Part shown: one piece after another, positions 17,002 through 26,789 of the stretch | How positions within the stretch are numbered: position 1 is the stretch's first letter | Layout: every line of letters begins with the position of its first letter | Assembly: GCA_017610175.1 (NCBI GenBank) | Contig: JAFCCO010000012.1 | Coordinates: 1 to 47,499, forward strand | Direction of reading: 5' to 3' | DNA from: Candidatus Iainarchaeum sp. | GTDB taxonomy: Archaea; Iainarchaeota; Iainarchaeia; Iainarchaeales; GCA-2688035 | DNA length: 47,499 nt | The notes under the pieces: generated by a model | Databases searched by the model: none | The model's input: only the letters and a program-made list of their open reading frames with translations | What the model was told of the DNA's origin: nothing | Translations under genes and position numbers: made by a program

Positions 17002-17630
17002 TATTTTTTCACCTTGTTTTTCTTTAAAAATTCTCCAACCTTGTTTGTCAGGTTGCTTTTGTGTGACTCTTCCTCAATGAGGTTGAGCGCTTTTGCAAAG
17101 AGCTTTGTGTCCCCGCCCTTTGCCCAAATCCAGCCGTTTCTGCCAACCATTATGTTGCAGCCTGTTTCGTCCTTTAGCTGGTTAAGCATGCTTCCACTTT
17201 TTCCAATTAAGCGCGGCACTTTTACAGGGGTTATTGAAAAAATTTCCCCTCCGTAAAAAACCCTTACATCATCAAGCCTTGCTTCCCCCAGTTCATCAAC
17301 TTCGTTGATTTTGGCTGAGAAAACCACTCCGCGCTGAAGCCTGTCCCTTACCGCGTCCTTTGAAATGTAACTTGTGTTTATTGTGTTAACATCAACTGTG
17401 TAGCCGGAAAATTTTTCACTGTTAACTATTCCAACTATGAGATCACCCCTTCGTGGAATGTATCTTCCCTTCAGTGCAACAACCGATGCTATTTCATTGT
17501 TTTCGTAGAACAATCCCAATGCATCACTGTATATTTTTCCGTTTTCAACGAAAACGTGCGAGCCAAGCTTCATTCTTCCCTCTGCGATAAGCTCGCCTGG
17601 TATAACTAATTTCTTTTCACTCAAATTCAA
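17001..17630 (-). CDS. rrp4: Exosome RNA-binding protein Rrp4
   Basis: [31 protein letters not shown]. Confidence 0.95.
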   Translation of the reverse strand: MNLSEKKLVIPGELIAEGRMKLGSHVFVENGKIYSDALGLFYENNEIASVVALKGRYIPRRGDLIVGIVNSEKFSGYTVDVNTINTSYISKDAVRDRLQRGVVFSAKINEVDELGEARLDDVRVFYGGEIFSITPVKVPRLIGKSGSMLNQLKDETGCNIMVGRNGWIWAKGGDTKLFAKALNLIEEESHKSNLTNKVGEFLKKNKVKK

Positions 17631-18328
17631 TCACCTTTCTCCAAAATCTTTGTTTCGACATCGCCGTGCGCAAGATGGTTTAGCTCGGTCAAAAAGTCCG
17701 AAACAAGCCCCGCAGGCATTTCAACAATCGCAACAAGCGATCCGTCGTTTTGCCATTCCTCTTTTTTGAGCTCGTGCCTGTGCAGGAACGCTGATGCTTT
17801 TCCCGAGTGCACGGCAGGAACCTTTACTGCAACCTGCTGCTTCTCAAATGATATGGGGATAAGCTTTTTGAGTTCCTTCACAATTCCTTGAACCTGCTCT
17901 TCCGCTGATTTGCTGTCGTCAATTTTTATTTTCGCTTCCTCTAAAGCTATTTCAATCCTTTTCGCCGGGTGTGGTGCGTTGGTTTGCGGATTCATTGCGT
18001 TTGTTGAGATTATATTTATAACCACACGCCTTTTTGCTTCCCGCATTTCCTTTCTTTGCTCTGTTGTAAGCTGCACTACTCCTTCTTGAATAATTTTTTT
18101 TGCAATTTCGTTTACTTCGGTTGTTCCAAATGCCTTGCTTAGCACTTCAGGGCTTTGTGTGCTTCCCTTTGCCGCGTCCTTGAACACGGTGTCTATTGCA
18201 AGCAAGTCGTTGAAACTTACTGTTTCTCCTTTCTTTAGCTTTAATGCAAGGTCTGGGTCAACAAGAATTTCGAACTTTTCCTGGTTCTTTTCCATTCTTG
18301 CAGTTACCGCGTCTTCCAATTTCACCAT
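17627..18328 (-). CDS. Ribosome maturation factor SBDS/Sdo1
   Basis: [26 protein letters not shown]. Confidence 0.95.
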   Translation of the reverse strand: MVKLEDAVTARMEKNQEKFEILVDPDLALKLKKGETVSFNDLLAIDTVFKDAAKGSTQSPEVLSKAFGTTEVNEIAKKIIQEGVVQLTTEQRKEMREAKRRVVINIISTNAMNPQTNAPHPAKRIEIALEEAKIKIDDSKSAEEQVQGIVKELKKLIPISFEKQQVAVKVPAVHSGKASAFLHRHELKKEEWQNDGSLVAIVEMPAGLVSDFLTELNHLAHGDVETKILEKGD

Positions 18329-18376
18329 TTCTTTAAAAACCTCTGTGGTTTGTTTGAATTACTTTAAGTCTTAGAC

Positions 18377-19102
18377 TTATTTTTTCCCTAAAATAGACTT
18401 TATTTTTTGCTTTCCCATCCTCTGGAATTCGTGTCCCTTTGAAATGAAAGCGAAATCTAATTTATTAAGATCAAGTTTTTCCTTGCCCTCCAGGCCTGTT
18501 TTAAGTGCGTCTGCCGCCAGAACCACTGCTTCTTCCAGGGTCATGTTGTCCTTGTACTTTTTCTCAAGTCTTTTGTTTGCTTCCTTTCGGCCCATTCCAA
18601 TTGAGATTGCCCTGTATTCCGCAAGTGCTCCGGATGGCTCTGTTTCAAACAGCCTTGAGCCTGTGTCGTCAACTCCACCAATCAAAAAACTTATTCCAAA
18701 CGGTCTCATTCCCGCATACTGTGTGAACAGCTGCTTTACTGCGCACAGGTTTTTTACAAGTGTTTCAACAGGAATTTTTTCCTCGTAATACATCCTGTTT
18801 TCCTGGGCATCCTTTCTTGCAATCTGAACAAGCCTTCTTGCGTCTCCAACAAGCCCTGCGCTGATTGCCCCAATGTGCTCGTCAATCTTGAAGAGTTTTT
18901 CAATACTTTCGGGGATTATAAGCTTTGTTGCAACCTTTTTGTCTGCACTGAACAGAACGCCGTTGTTGTAAACTATTCCAACCCCAAGCGTTCCTTGTTC
19001 AACTATTTTTCCCGCATATTCAACCTGGTAGAGCCTTCCATCGGGGGAAAACATTGTAGCAACCCTATCGTACGCGGATCCTTTTTTAGAAACAGGATAC
19101 AT
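18377..19102 (-). CDS. psmA: Proteasome alpha subunit
   Basis: YDR..TMFSPDGRLYQVEYA, RPFG, LFETEPSG. Confidence 0.95.
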   Translation of the reverse strand: MYPVSKKGSAYDRVATMFSPDGRLYQVEYAGKIVEQGTLGVGIVYNNGVLFSADKKVATKLIIPESIEKLFKIDEHIGAISAGLVGDARRLVQIARKDAQENRMYYEEKIPVETLVKNLCAVKQLFTQYAGMRPFGISFLIGGVDDTGSRLFETEPSGALAEYRAISIGMGRKEANKRLEKKYKDNMTLEEAVVLAADALKTGLEGKEKLDLNKLDFAFISKGHEFQRMGKQKIKSILGKK

Positions 19103-19182
19103 AAATAAAACACTCCTTTCCATTCCCTATGCTGTTAAGAGAATTTTATCTGCGTTAACTATAAAAAGCTTGTCCCGAGCCC

Positions 19183-19356
19183 TTATTTTGCGGTTTTGTG
19201 CTCGAGAAAGAGTTCTCCTTCCTCTCTTTGGATTGCCCAGTCCCCTTTGCATTTGGGGCATTGAACACTTTTAGCATTTTGGGACTCATAACTATCAAGT
19301 GGAATCCCATATCCGCATTGGATGCATTTTATCTTTAGTGCATTTGCCATAGCCAT
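19183..19356 (-). CDS. Small Zn-ribbon protein (57 aa), not in the ORF track
   Basis: MAMANALKIKCIQCGYGIPLDSYESQNAKSVQCPKCKGDWAIQREEGELFLEHKTAK*; GAGGAG RBS upstream. Confidence 0.7.
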   Translation of the reverse strand: MAMANALKIKCIQCGYGIPLDSYESQNAKSVQCPKCKGDWAIQREEGELFLEHKTAK

Positions 19357-19483
19357 CGATATCTCCTCTCAAATTTTTTTGTCCCCGAGAGCCTTATCTC
19401 TAATGCAAAATAAGTCCCTGTATTTCTGTGAGCCTGATTATACTGTGCCCGCAACCCCTTAAAAAGGAATTGCAATGGGCGAT

Positions 19484-19765
19484 TTATGCGGTTTCATGCA
19501 GTTTTTTGAGGCTTCCGCTTGTTTTAAGGAGTTTGAAGCCCGCCTGTTCCATTGCCTTTTTGAGGCTGGAAGAATTGCTTCTTTCACACCTCACAATTCC
19601 CTTTTTTGATGCCGAATCGAATTCAATTAGCTTAAGCGGCTTGAGATTCAGCGAGAAAAGTGCGTCCTTTGCCTCTGAAAAACCGCCTGCTTTGCCGTAT
19701 TCAAACAAAATATAGCGCTTTTTCATTTTCTGCGAGGGCTTGAACCTTGGGGTTTGCTGCTGCAT
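19484..19765 (-). CDS. RNase P protein component Pop5/Rpp14-like, shortened
   Basis: KPSQKMKKRYILFE...GIVRC...TSGSLKKL; upstream of psmA as in the conserved superoperon. Confidence 0.75.
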   Translation of the reverse strand: MQQQTPRFKPSQKMKKRYILFEYGKAGGFSEAKDALFSLNLKPLKLIEFDSASKKGIVRCERSNSSSLKKAMEQAGFKLLKTSGSLKKLHETA

Positions 19766-19767
19766 TT

Positions 19768-20688
19768 TCAAATCACCAAACTTCCATTCATCAGGAGAAA
19801 AATTGACGAAACAATTAAGGCAACCCCTGCAAGCCTTACAGCATAAACCCTTAGTTCGTGCTTTTCGTCTATTAGGCTGCTTTTAACGCGGGAAAGGATG
19901 AATGCTATTGCAAACACAAAAATTCCCTGCGAGAGAACGAGGGCGCTTGGAATTGTGTAGGAAAACTTGTATGCGGTGAACAAAAACATCATTCCGGTAA
20001 ATCCGATAATTGTTGCAATTATTCCAAACGGGGCGGCTGACTTAAAGCTTTGCACAAATGTTTTCTTTGCATCCCCCTTGAACAGGAAAAGCGCAAAGAC
20101 CGCAATTACAGGAATTGAGAGGAGATATCTCCAAATCATAAATGTTGCGGGCTGAATCTCTGAAACTATTGCCTTAACCGGCAAATCCGAAAGCGCCCAG
20201 AAAAAAGCCATTGCAAGCGCGATAATGAGAAGCCTGTTGTTCAGCAAAAGGGATTTTAGTGAAAACTTTTTTGAGTAGGTTGTGAGAATTGCCCCCGGAA
20301 AAATCAACAGCATTAATGCAAGCGCCTCAAAGCCGTAGAATTCATTGAGGAAAAGGTATGCAAGCGGAATTGCAAACAAGAGCTTTGTTTGGGCAAGCGG
20401 GCCAACGCTTGAAATGTCGTATTCCCGCACAATGTAAAAGTAAAGGAAGAAACCAATGTTTGCGGTTATTGCGGCAAACAGAATTAAGGGCATTAAAGCC
20501 ATGCTTGGAACCTCAAACCCAAAAATCAGGGTTGCAAGAACCGGAAAAAATGTTATTGCAAAAAGGGACTGCAGAAAAAAGTATGCGGTTGAGTGCGGCA
20601 TCTTGTTTTCAGAGATAAACTTGTCAAAAATTGATCCTGCCGAGAATAGAAGGGCTGCCACAAGCGGAAAGAGAAAAACTTCCTGCAT
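19768..20688 (-). CDS. EamA/DMT family transporter
   Basis: About 10 TM helices in two repeats; DISSVGPL, LAYLFLNE. Confidence 0.85.
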   Translation of the reverse strand: MQEVFLFPLVAALLFSAGSIFDKFISENKMPHSTAYFFLQSLFAITFFPVLATLIFGFEVPSMALMPLILFAAITANIGFFLYFYIVREYDISSVGPLAQTKLLFAIPLAYLFLNEFYGFEALALMLLIFPGAILTTYSKKFSLKSLLLNNRLLIIALAMAFFWALSDLPVKAIVSEIQPATFMIWRYLLSIPVIAVFALFLFKGDAKKTFVQSFKSAAPFGIIATIIGFTGMMFLFTAYKFSYTIPSALVLSQGIFVFAIAFILSRVKSSLIDEKHELRVYAVRLAGVALIVSSIFLLMNGSLVI

Positions 20689-21224
20689 TAAAGCCCCTCC
20701 AGTTTTGGGTCTGCACCGCTTTTTTCAAGCAGTTCCTTTTCAAGCGCTTCAACAAGCGGCTTTGCATTAATAATGCGTTTCTTTACGTCCGGGCCTTTTA
20801 CGCCGTATCTTTCAATCAGGTATTCAAAGCGTTCATCAAGTGAAACAATTTTCTCGTGGTTAACCCGCTTGTCCGAGTAATAAACAACCTTTGATTCAAG
20901 CGAGGAAAACCTGTTGCCGCGCACAAATCCAAGCCTGTGCTCGCGCACAATTTGCGCAATTTTGGAAAGCCCCTCTTTTTCAAGAATTTTTGCCCCCTCT
21001 GCGCCGTGCACCAATGCCACGTCCTCCAGGCAAATCTTTTTGTCAATGTCGTGGAGAAGGGCAGCGCACTCAAGCAAATTAAGGTCTATTTCTTCCCCTT
21101 TTTCCCTGAGCTTTTTTCCAATGAAAAGGGCAACCTTTGTTACCTTTAGTGAGTGCTGCATTATGTTTTCGGGCATGCTGTATTTTTTGAGCAGTTCAAT
21201 GCACTGCTCCCTTGTTGGAGCCAC
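20688..21224 (-). CDS. HD-domain (HDIG-type) phosphohydrolase
   Basis: HSLKV, ALLHDIDK, HGAEG, VYYSDKR. Confidence 0.9.
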   Translation of the reverse strand: MAPTREQCIELLKKYSMPENIMQHSLKVTKVALFIGKKLREKGEEIDLNLLECAALLHDIDKKICLEDVALVHGAEGAKILEKEGLSKIAQIVREHRLGFVRGNRFSSLESKVVYYSDKRVNHEKIVSLDERFEYLIERYGVKGPDVKKRIINAKPLVEALEKELLEKSGADPKLEGL

Positions 21225-22063
21225 TACAGTTCCTCCAGCCCATACTCTGATTCAAAACCGTGCTCTGCAAGCAGCGTGAACTGCGGCCTTGGGTCAATGT
21301 AGTTAAGTGATTCAAAGAAATCCCTTCCAAATTCTTTGTTGATTAGGTCAACGCTTGCGTTGTCTATTGCAGCAGGGTTCTCGCTTACAAGAATCCCTAT
21401 TCCCCCCATAAGCCCAAACCTTGCATCGCCGTGGCAGTCGCAGTGCGAAGAAATGTCATTCAAGACGTTGAGAAAAAGAATCTCGTTTTTTTCAAACTGA
21501 TTCAGGACGGCAAGCGCCTGGTTTGCAATCAGCTCAAGCAGCTTTCTCTTGTTGTTGTGCACAACGTTTTTTGTCTCCTGGTTAACCGCCCCAAAACCAA
21601 GGTTTTTTACAGCACCGCCGTAGCCTGAAAACATGTGGCCTTTTGCATGGCTGACCGCAAGCAGTGTGTCGGCATCAGCAACTTCCTTGCTTACCCCAAC
21701 ATCCCGGTCCAAAAAACCGCGCGCCTTAATTGAGTTGTCGGTTATTACAATCGGGCAACCGATTGTTTCCTCTGTAAAGCCGTTCTTTCTTGCGGTTTCG
21801 ATGTAGTCTGGAACTGTGAACCTGCTTCCGTGGTATTTTGTGAGGGAATCAAACACAAACGGCTTTGCCCCAACCGCGAGAAGTTCCTCAATGCACTTGC
21901 CAACAATCGGGGGCCTTACATAATTGAGGTTGCCGTATTCCCCCATGTGCACTTTTACCGCAACTTTTTTTCCCGCGAACCTTTCATTGAAGCCAAGCCT
22001 GCCAAAGGCTTTTGGAATCTTTTGCAAAAAAGACTTTTGGATTAAGTAAACTTTTGATGGCAT
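21224..22063 (-). CDS. DUF362 family protein
   Basis: VAVKVHMGE.GN, SHAKGH..SGYGGAVKNLGFG, CDC. Confidence 0.85.
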   Translation of the reverse strand: MPSKVYLIQKSFLQKIPKAFGRLGFNERFAGKKVAVKVHMGEYGNLNYVRPPIVGKCIEELLAVGAKPFVFDSLTKYHGSRFTVPDYIETARKNGFTEETIGCPIVITDNSIKARGFLDRDVGVSKEVADADTLLAVSHAKGHMFSGYGGAVKNLGFGAVNQETKNVVHNNKRKLLELIANQALAVLNQFEKNEILFLNVLNDISSHCDCHGDARFGLMGGIGILVSENPAAIDNASVDLINKEFGRDFFESLNYIDPRPQFTLLAEHGFESEYGLEEL

Positions 22064-22100
22064 TAGGAAAGAATTAGTTAATTCTTCTTATTAATGTTTT

Positions 22101-22706
22101 TTACTTTGCCTTTCTGCCTTTGGCGCGCAGTGAAGGCCTTATTTTTTCCGCACCCTTGCCCTTCTTTCTCAGGCCGCGGTACTTCTTGCCTGAAGAGGTC
22201 AGTCCCCTTTCAGCCCTTCCCCTCTGGGTCTTTTCTGTAATCCACTTAACGTCCTTGTCTGACTTAATTTCAGGGGCCGCTGTGTCAATAAGAATTACTT
22301 CGTAGTAGTGGTGCTTTCCGTCTGCTCCAACCTTGTAAGAATTAAGCACTTCGCAGTTTTCGTACTTCTTTGAGGCACGCTGCTCTGCAATGCTCTTTAT
22401 GCTAATTGCCCTTGTGAGTTTCTTAACACCCATTCTCTTAGGCTTTCTTCCGCCCTTTGGTCTTACTTGGGCCCCGCTTCCCCGTCTTACCCTGGATCTT
22501 ACAACAATAAATCCCTTTTTTGCCTTGTAGCCCAACATTCTTGCTTTTGCGATGTTGGTTGGCTTTTCAATGCGCACAATTGCACTCTTTTCCTTTCTAA
22601 ATGAAATAAGCCTTTCTCTCTTAATGGCTTTGTAGTCGTAGGACTCGTCCTTTTTGCCCTTTGCTTCATTTTGGAAAGTTTTTTGAATTGCTTTTGTAGC
22701 GCTCAT
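22101..22706 (-). CDS. rpl15e: 50S ribosomal protein L15e
   Basis: PT...KAR.LGYKAK.G, VLNSY.VG.DG....YEVIL.D, RGRAERGLTS.G. Confidence 0.95.
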   Translation of the reverse strand: MSATKAIQKTFQNEAKGKKDESYDYKAIKRERLISFRKEKSAIVRIEKPTNIAKARMLGYKAKKGFIVVRSRVRRGSGAQVRPKGGRKPKRMGVKKLTRAISIKSIAEQRASKKYENCEVLNSYKVGADGKHHYYEVILIDTAAPEIKSDKDVKWITEKTQRGRAERGLTSSGKKYRGLRKKGKGAEKIRPSLRAKGRKAK

Positions 22707-22839
22707 GGAAACACCGTTTTTTTTTTGTAAAATTGTTCAAAAAAATCAGCCGAATTAAGAAATCGGCAAGTTTTATATTCAGTTAATAGACAAATCTTAT
22801 TAGGCAATTGTTTTAAAACTTTGCCTGAAGGTGCTTTGG

Positions 22840-23643
22840 TTGAAACGCAGGCAGAAAAAGGCAAAAAAAGCGGTCAAAAGGGCCGTTGGCCCTGCAAAAG
22901 CAGAAGCAGGATTAAGGCATTTGGGAAAAAAGGCAGAGCGAAGAAAGCAGCTGCTTGAATTCAGGCACTCGCTTTTGCACCAGGTAAAAGTGCGCGGCCG
23001 GCCAATTCCTCCTGCCGGAGAGGTTGCGAATGCGCTAATTTCAGTGCAGCTTAGAAAGCCGCAGCATCCGCAGGCATTTATGATGGATGCATTTGATGCA
23101 ATGCACAAAAACCTTGTTGCAAGGCTTAACTTAAGGCGAAAGGAAGATTACCGCGAGGCTGTTGTTGCGGCAAACGCACTTGAACTAACTCATTTTGTTA
23201 ACAGGATACTTGTTGAGAATTGGCGCAAAGGAAAGCAGGGCAGGAAAATAATTTCCGGAAAAAAGCCTTTGCCTGCCGGAGCACGTTTGAAGCGGGGAAA
23301 GTCAATTCGCTTTGACGAGGTTGTGCTGAAAAGAATTGTTGAGGGCTATGAATCCGCACTTGAGCATTTGGGGCAGAACCGCAGGGTTGAAACACTTATC
23401 CGGCAGTGCAAGGAAGCACTTGCAAAAATGGGGCGCAGGCCGCATGGAAAACAAGGGGTTGGTGTTTTGTTTAACTTGCCTGAAATTGACACCGTTTACT
23501 TCAAGCGCGCACTGAAGAAATCGCTGGGCACTAATGAGGCTTTCTTTAATTCGGGAAAACGCGAGTTTGAATCTGTTCTCACATCCCACCTTGAACAGCA
23601 GGGGGAAAGGCGCCTTAGGGCACTTGCAAAGCTCTTCCCTTAA
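22840..23643 (+). CDS. Hypothetical basic protein
   Basis: Long ORF with host-like codon usage; TTG start after GAAGGTG; no recognisable family. Confidence 0.6.
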   Translation: MKRRQKKAKKAVKRAVGPAKAEAGLRHLGKKAERRKQLLEFRHSLLHQVKVRGRPIPPAGEVANALISVQLRKPQHPQAFMMDAFDAMHKNLVARLNLRRKEDYREAVVAANALELTHFVNRILVENWRKGKQGRKIISGKKPLPAGARLKRGKSIRFDEVVLKRIVEGYESALEHLGQNRRVETLIRQCKEALAKMGRRPHGKQGVGVLFNLPEIDTVYFKRALKKSLGTNEAFFNSGKREFESVLTSHLEQQGERRLRALAKLFP

Positions 23644-23739
23644 CTATTCGCCGCGTCTGCCTTTCTTGCCGGTTCTGGGCTGTGCGCTTCGCATCTTCAA
23701 GTGTTTTTCGTCTTCAACAAACTTTTGTTTTTTTTTCAA
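23644..23739 (-). CDS. Putative small basic protein (31 aa)
   Basis: MKKKQKFVEDEKHLKMRSAQPRTGKKGRRGE*; GGTGAT RBS just upstream of TTG; fills the intergenic gap. Confidence 0.45.
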   Translation of the reverse strand: MKKKQKFVEDEKHLKMRSAQPRTGKKGRRGE

Positions 23740-23790
23740 TCAAATCACCTTTTGTAAGCTTATTTAAGCCTTCGCAATTTAATAAATTTT

Positions 23791-24738
23791 ATGGTTAAGG
23801 GAAAATGCGACAGATGCACGAAAAAGGCGGTTATTGATTTGCCTTACGGCCCGCATCAGTTCTGCAAGGAACACTTTGTTCGCTTTTTTGAAAAGCGTGT
23901 GAGAAAAACCTGCAGGGCCCACGACCTGATTGCGCCCGGGGAAAAAATTCTTGTCGCCTACTCAGGGGGAAAGGACAGTGCGGTTACACTGTACTTAGTC
24001 AACAAACTTTTTTCAAAGGTGAATGAAGTGCATGCGCTTCTCATTGATGAGGAGATTGAGGGCTACCGTGACAGGGCTTTGGATATTGCGGAGGCGAATT
24101 GCAGGGAATGGAAAATTCCCTTCACAAGAGTTTCATTTAAGGACGAGTTTGGAATCACAATGGTTGAGGTCATGCAGAAAACCGGCGCCAAAAAAAAGAT
24201 TGGAAGCACCTGCTCTTACTGCGGAGTTCTTCGCAGAAAACTGATGAACCAGTATTCAAAGAAGCTGAAGGCCAACAAGCTTGCGACAGGGCACAATCTT
24301 GATGACGAGGCACAAAGCATTTTGATGAATGTGTGTGAGGCCGACTTAAAGCGCTTTGTAAGGCTTGGGGCAAGGGCGGGAGTTTCCAGCATTAAAGGGC
24401 TGGTCCCAAGAATTAAACCCCTGTGGGAGTGCCCTGAAATTGAAATTATTTCCTTTGCAGGGTATGAGGGAATAAAATTTTACGAAGAGCAGTGCTGCCC
24501 GTTCAAATGGCAGGCTAAGAGGAATGATTTTCGCGCGATAATGAATCACCTTGAATCAAGCTATCCCGGAACAATGCATTCAATTCTCAGTTTTCTTAAA
24601 CAGGTCAAGCCAAAGCTTGCAGCAAAGAAAAAGGGGGTTAGAACGTTAAATTCGTGCAAGGAATGCGGCGAACCCTGCAATGGGGAAATTTGCCAGCCAT
24701 GCAAGCTAATTAAAAGAATTGTGGAAAAGAAAAGTTGA
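23791..24738 (+). CDS. ttuA: tRNA 2-thiolation protein TtuA/NcsA (Ctu1 family)
   Basis: N-terminal Zn finger, PP-loop SGGKDS, CSYCGVLRR, TGHNLDDEAQS, C-terminal CxxC..CxxC. Confidence 0.9.
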   Translation: MVKGKCDRCTKKAVIDLPYGPHQFCKEHFVRFFEKRVRKTCRAHDLIAPGEKILVAYSGGKDSAVTLYLVNKLFSKVNEVHALLIDEEIEGYRDRALDIAEANCREWKIPFTRVSFKDEFGITMVEVMQKTGAKKKIGSTCSYCGVLRRKLMNQYSKKLKANKLATGHNLDDEAQSILMNVCEADLKRFVRLGARAGVSSIKGLVPRIKPLWECPEIEIISFAGYEGIKFYEEQCCPFKWQAKRNDFRAIMNHLESSYPGTMHSILSFLKQVKPKLAAKKKGVRTLNSCKECGEPCNGEICQPCKLIKRIVEKKS

Positions 24739-24745
24739 TACGCAA

Positions 24746-24818
24746 GGGCCTGTGGTCTAGTGGTTATGACGTCCCGTTGACATCGGGGAGATCGGCGGTT
24801 CAATTCCGCCCAGGCCCA
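24746..24818 (+). tRNA. tRNA-Val(GAC)
   Basis: Cloverleaf: acceptor GGGCCTG/CAGGCCC, anticodon arm TCCCG-TTGACAT-CGGGG, T-loop TTCAATT; no intron and no encoded CCA. Confidence 0.95.
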
Positions 24819-24828
24819 CTAAAAAAAG

Positions 24829-26670
24829 TTATTTCTTTTTTTGATTTTTATTTGGCGCTTTGTTTGCGGAAGCGGCTTTTTTGCCCATTCCCTTTTCGAG
24901 AACCACACCCATTTCTTCGGCAAACGTTCTCTCAAATTCCTCTAGTTCGGCAATCTTTTTGTCAATGAATTCAGCACTCTTCTTTGTTTGCTCATCCAGT
25001 GCCTTTGCCTTTTCATTCTCAACCCTAATTGCCTTGTTGAACTTTGCAACATTGAGCTCGATTACTTTAATGAACTGTTTTTTGAAGGATTCAAAGTCCT
25101 CTGCCTGCTGCTTGAATGTCGCAGGGTCAAAGTCATTCTTTACGGCCTGCTCAAGCTTGTCTATTTTTGCAATGCGTTCCTCAAGAGTTTTCTCAAGCCT
25201 CAGAATCTCATTAAAATGCTCCTTAATTTGGGCCTCCATTGCCTTCTGCGCGCTTCCGGTGTTTGCGGCCTTTACTTCAAGCCTCTTGTTCAAAAGCGCT
25301 TCCTTTGAATCAATCCTGTCATTAATTTGCTTTGAAAGTCCCTTCAAAGCTTCCTCGTTCAGCTTGCCTGTTTGCTCAATACGTGTTTTGAGTGCAGCCT
25401 CAAGCCGAGAAACTTCCTGAAGCTTTTCCTTTATCTGCATTTCAAGAGCTTTCTCCGTATCCCCCATCCCGCCTGCCTTGCTTTCAATCTTCTTGCTTAG
25501 TTCAGCCAGTTGTGTGGAAACCATTTCGTCAAGTTTTCTGGATGCACCGGACTTAAGCCCGTCAATTACGCTCAGGCCAACCTCAAGTGTTTTGTTAACG
25601 CGCTCGTCTATGTCCCTTACTTTTGCATTTGCAGCATCAATTGATTCCTGCTGTGCGCTCTTTGACTTTATGAGTTCAGAGTTCATTTCGCTTACAAGCT
25701 TGTTCTTTGTTTCGGAAATTTCCTTCAGTTGTGACTCGGCATCTTTTAAGAATTCGGTGTGCTTTTGCTTTGCCGCTTCAATTGCATTAATCTGCTTTGC
25801 GATGTCTTCACTTATTGCCTTCATTTGCTTTATCTTTTCGTCAATCAAAACCTCAAGCTCTTTTTCTTTTGCCTCAAGCTGGGTGTTAATCTTGTCCAAA
25901 AAAAGGCTTTGCTGTGACTCAAAAAGAACCTGAATTTTGTCAACTTCCTTCTTTGCAATTTCGTCCGCCTTCTTTGTAAGTACAGTGTCGATTTCTTTGC
26001 GTATCTTTTTGATTTCGATTAGCTTATCATCAACAGATGCAAGAATTCCCGTTTCCCAAACCTTTGAGAGATCAACAGATGTGCTTGAAGTTGGCTTTGG
26101 AGTGGGAGCCTGTGCGGGAACAGGAGCAGGCTTTGGAGCAGGTTCCTCTTTTTGGGGAAGGTTTGCCGCAAAGAACTCCTTGCTTTTCTCAACAGGAGCG
26201 GGCTTGGGGGCGGGAGCGGGCTTTTCTTCGGTTACGCCCTGCTGTTCCGAGATTTGCTCAACCATTTCAGCGGTTTTAAGCTTTTCTTCCTTTGTGCCCT
26301 CTTTTGTTTTTCCCATTCTTTCTTCAAGCCAGTTCATCGCGCTCTTCTTTTTCTCAACGGACTGTTTTGCAGGCGCGGGCTTTGAAGGCACCGGCTTTGG
26401 GGACGGCATTGGCTTTTGCAGCGGGACAGGAGCGGGCTTTGGAGTGGGAGCCTGGGCTGGAGCCGGTTTTGCCGCAGGAATTGAATTGGCAGGGGGTAGT
26501 TTTTGGGCTGCATCCTCAGCAATCTGCTTTTTTGCTTCCCTAATTATTTGCCTTGCGTCACGCGGGCCTATGCCTACCTCTTTAAGATTTATGATAATTT
26601 CGTCGTCTGAAAGCTTTAGTGAAACAAGCTTCTTGACGCTATCTACGACTATCTTTTTCTTATCGACCAT
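24829..26670 (-). CDS. Long coiled-coil protein with N-terminal helical domain and Pro/Ala-rich linker
   Basis: Heptad-rich K/E sequence over about 400 aa; PAPKPAP repeats; no ATPase motifs and no TM helix. Confidence 0.8.
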   Translation of the reverse strand: MVDKKKIVVDSVKKLVSLKLSDDEIIINLKEVGIGPRDARQIIREAKKQIAEDAAQKLPPANSIPAAKPAPAQAPTPKPAPVPLQKPMPSPKPVPSKPAPAKQSVEKKKSAMNWLEERMGKTKEGTKEEKLKTAEMVEQISEQQGVTEEKPAPAPKPAPVEKSKEFFAANLPQKEEPAPKPAPVPAQAPTPKPTSSTSVDLSKVWETGILASVDDKLIEIKKIRKEIDTVLTKKADEIAKKEVDKIQVLFESQQSLFLDKINTQLEAKEKELEVLIDEKIKQMKAISEDIAKQINAIEAAKQKHTEFLKDAESQLKEISETKNKLVSEMNSELIKSKSAQQESIDAANAKVRDIDERVNKTLEVGLSVIDGLKSGASRKLDEMVSTQLAELSKKIESKAGGMGDTEKALEMQIKEKLQEVSRLEAALKTRIEQTGKLNEEALKGLSKQINDRIDSKEALLNKRLEVKAANTGSAQKAMEAQIKEHFNEILRLEKTLEERIAKIDKLEQAVKNDFDPATFKQQAEDFESFKKQFIKVIELNVAKFNKAIRVENEKAKALDEQTKKSAEFIDKKIAELEEFERTFAEEMGVVLEKGMGKKAASANKAPNKNQKKK

Positions 26671-26789
26671 AAGCGAATAAAGAAGGGCTAAAGGAGTATA
26701 AAAGAATTTAGTTTCCGAAATTTGCCTTGCCCAAGAATCGGTTTTCTCTTTGCGGCATGATTTTTCTTTTTTTTAAAAAAAAGTGGAAG

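Noticed and set aside
19183-19356. LysW/ArgW carrier protein
   Set aside because: The Zn-ribbon size fits but the required C-terminal EDWGE motif is absent
24829-26670. SMC/Rad50 ATPase
   Set aside because: It has no Walker A/B, signature motif, hinge or zinc hook
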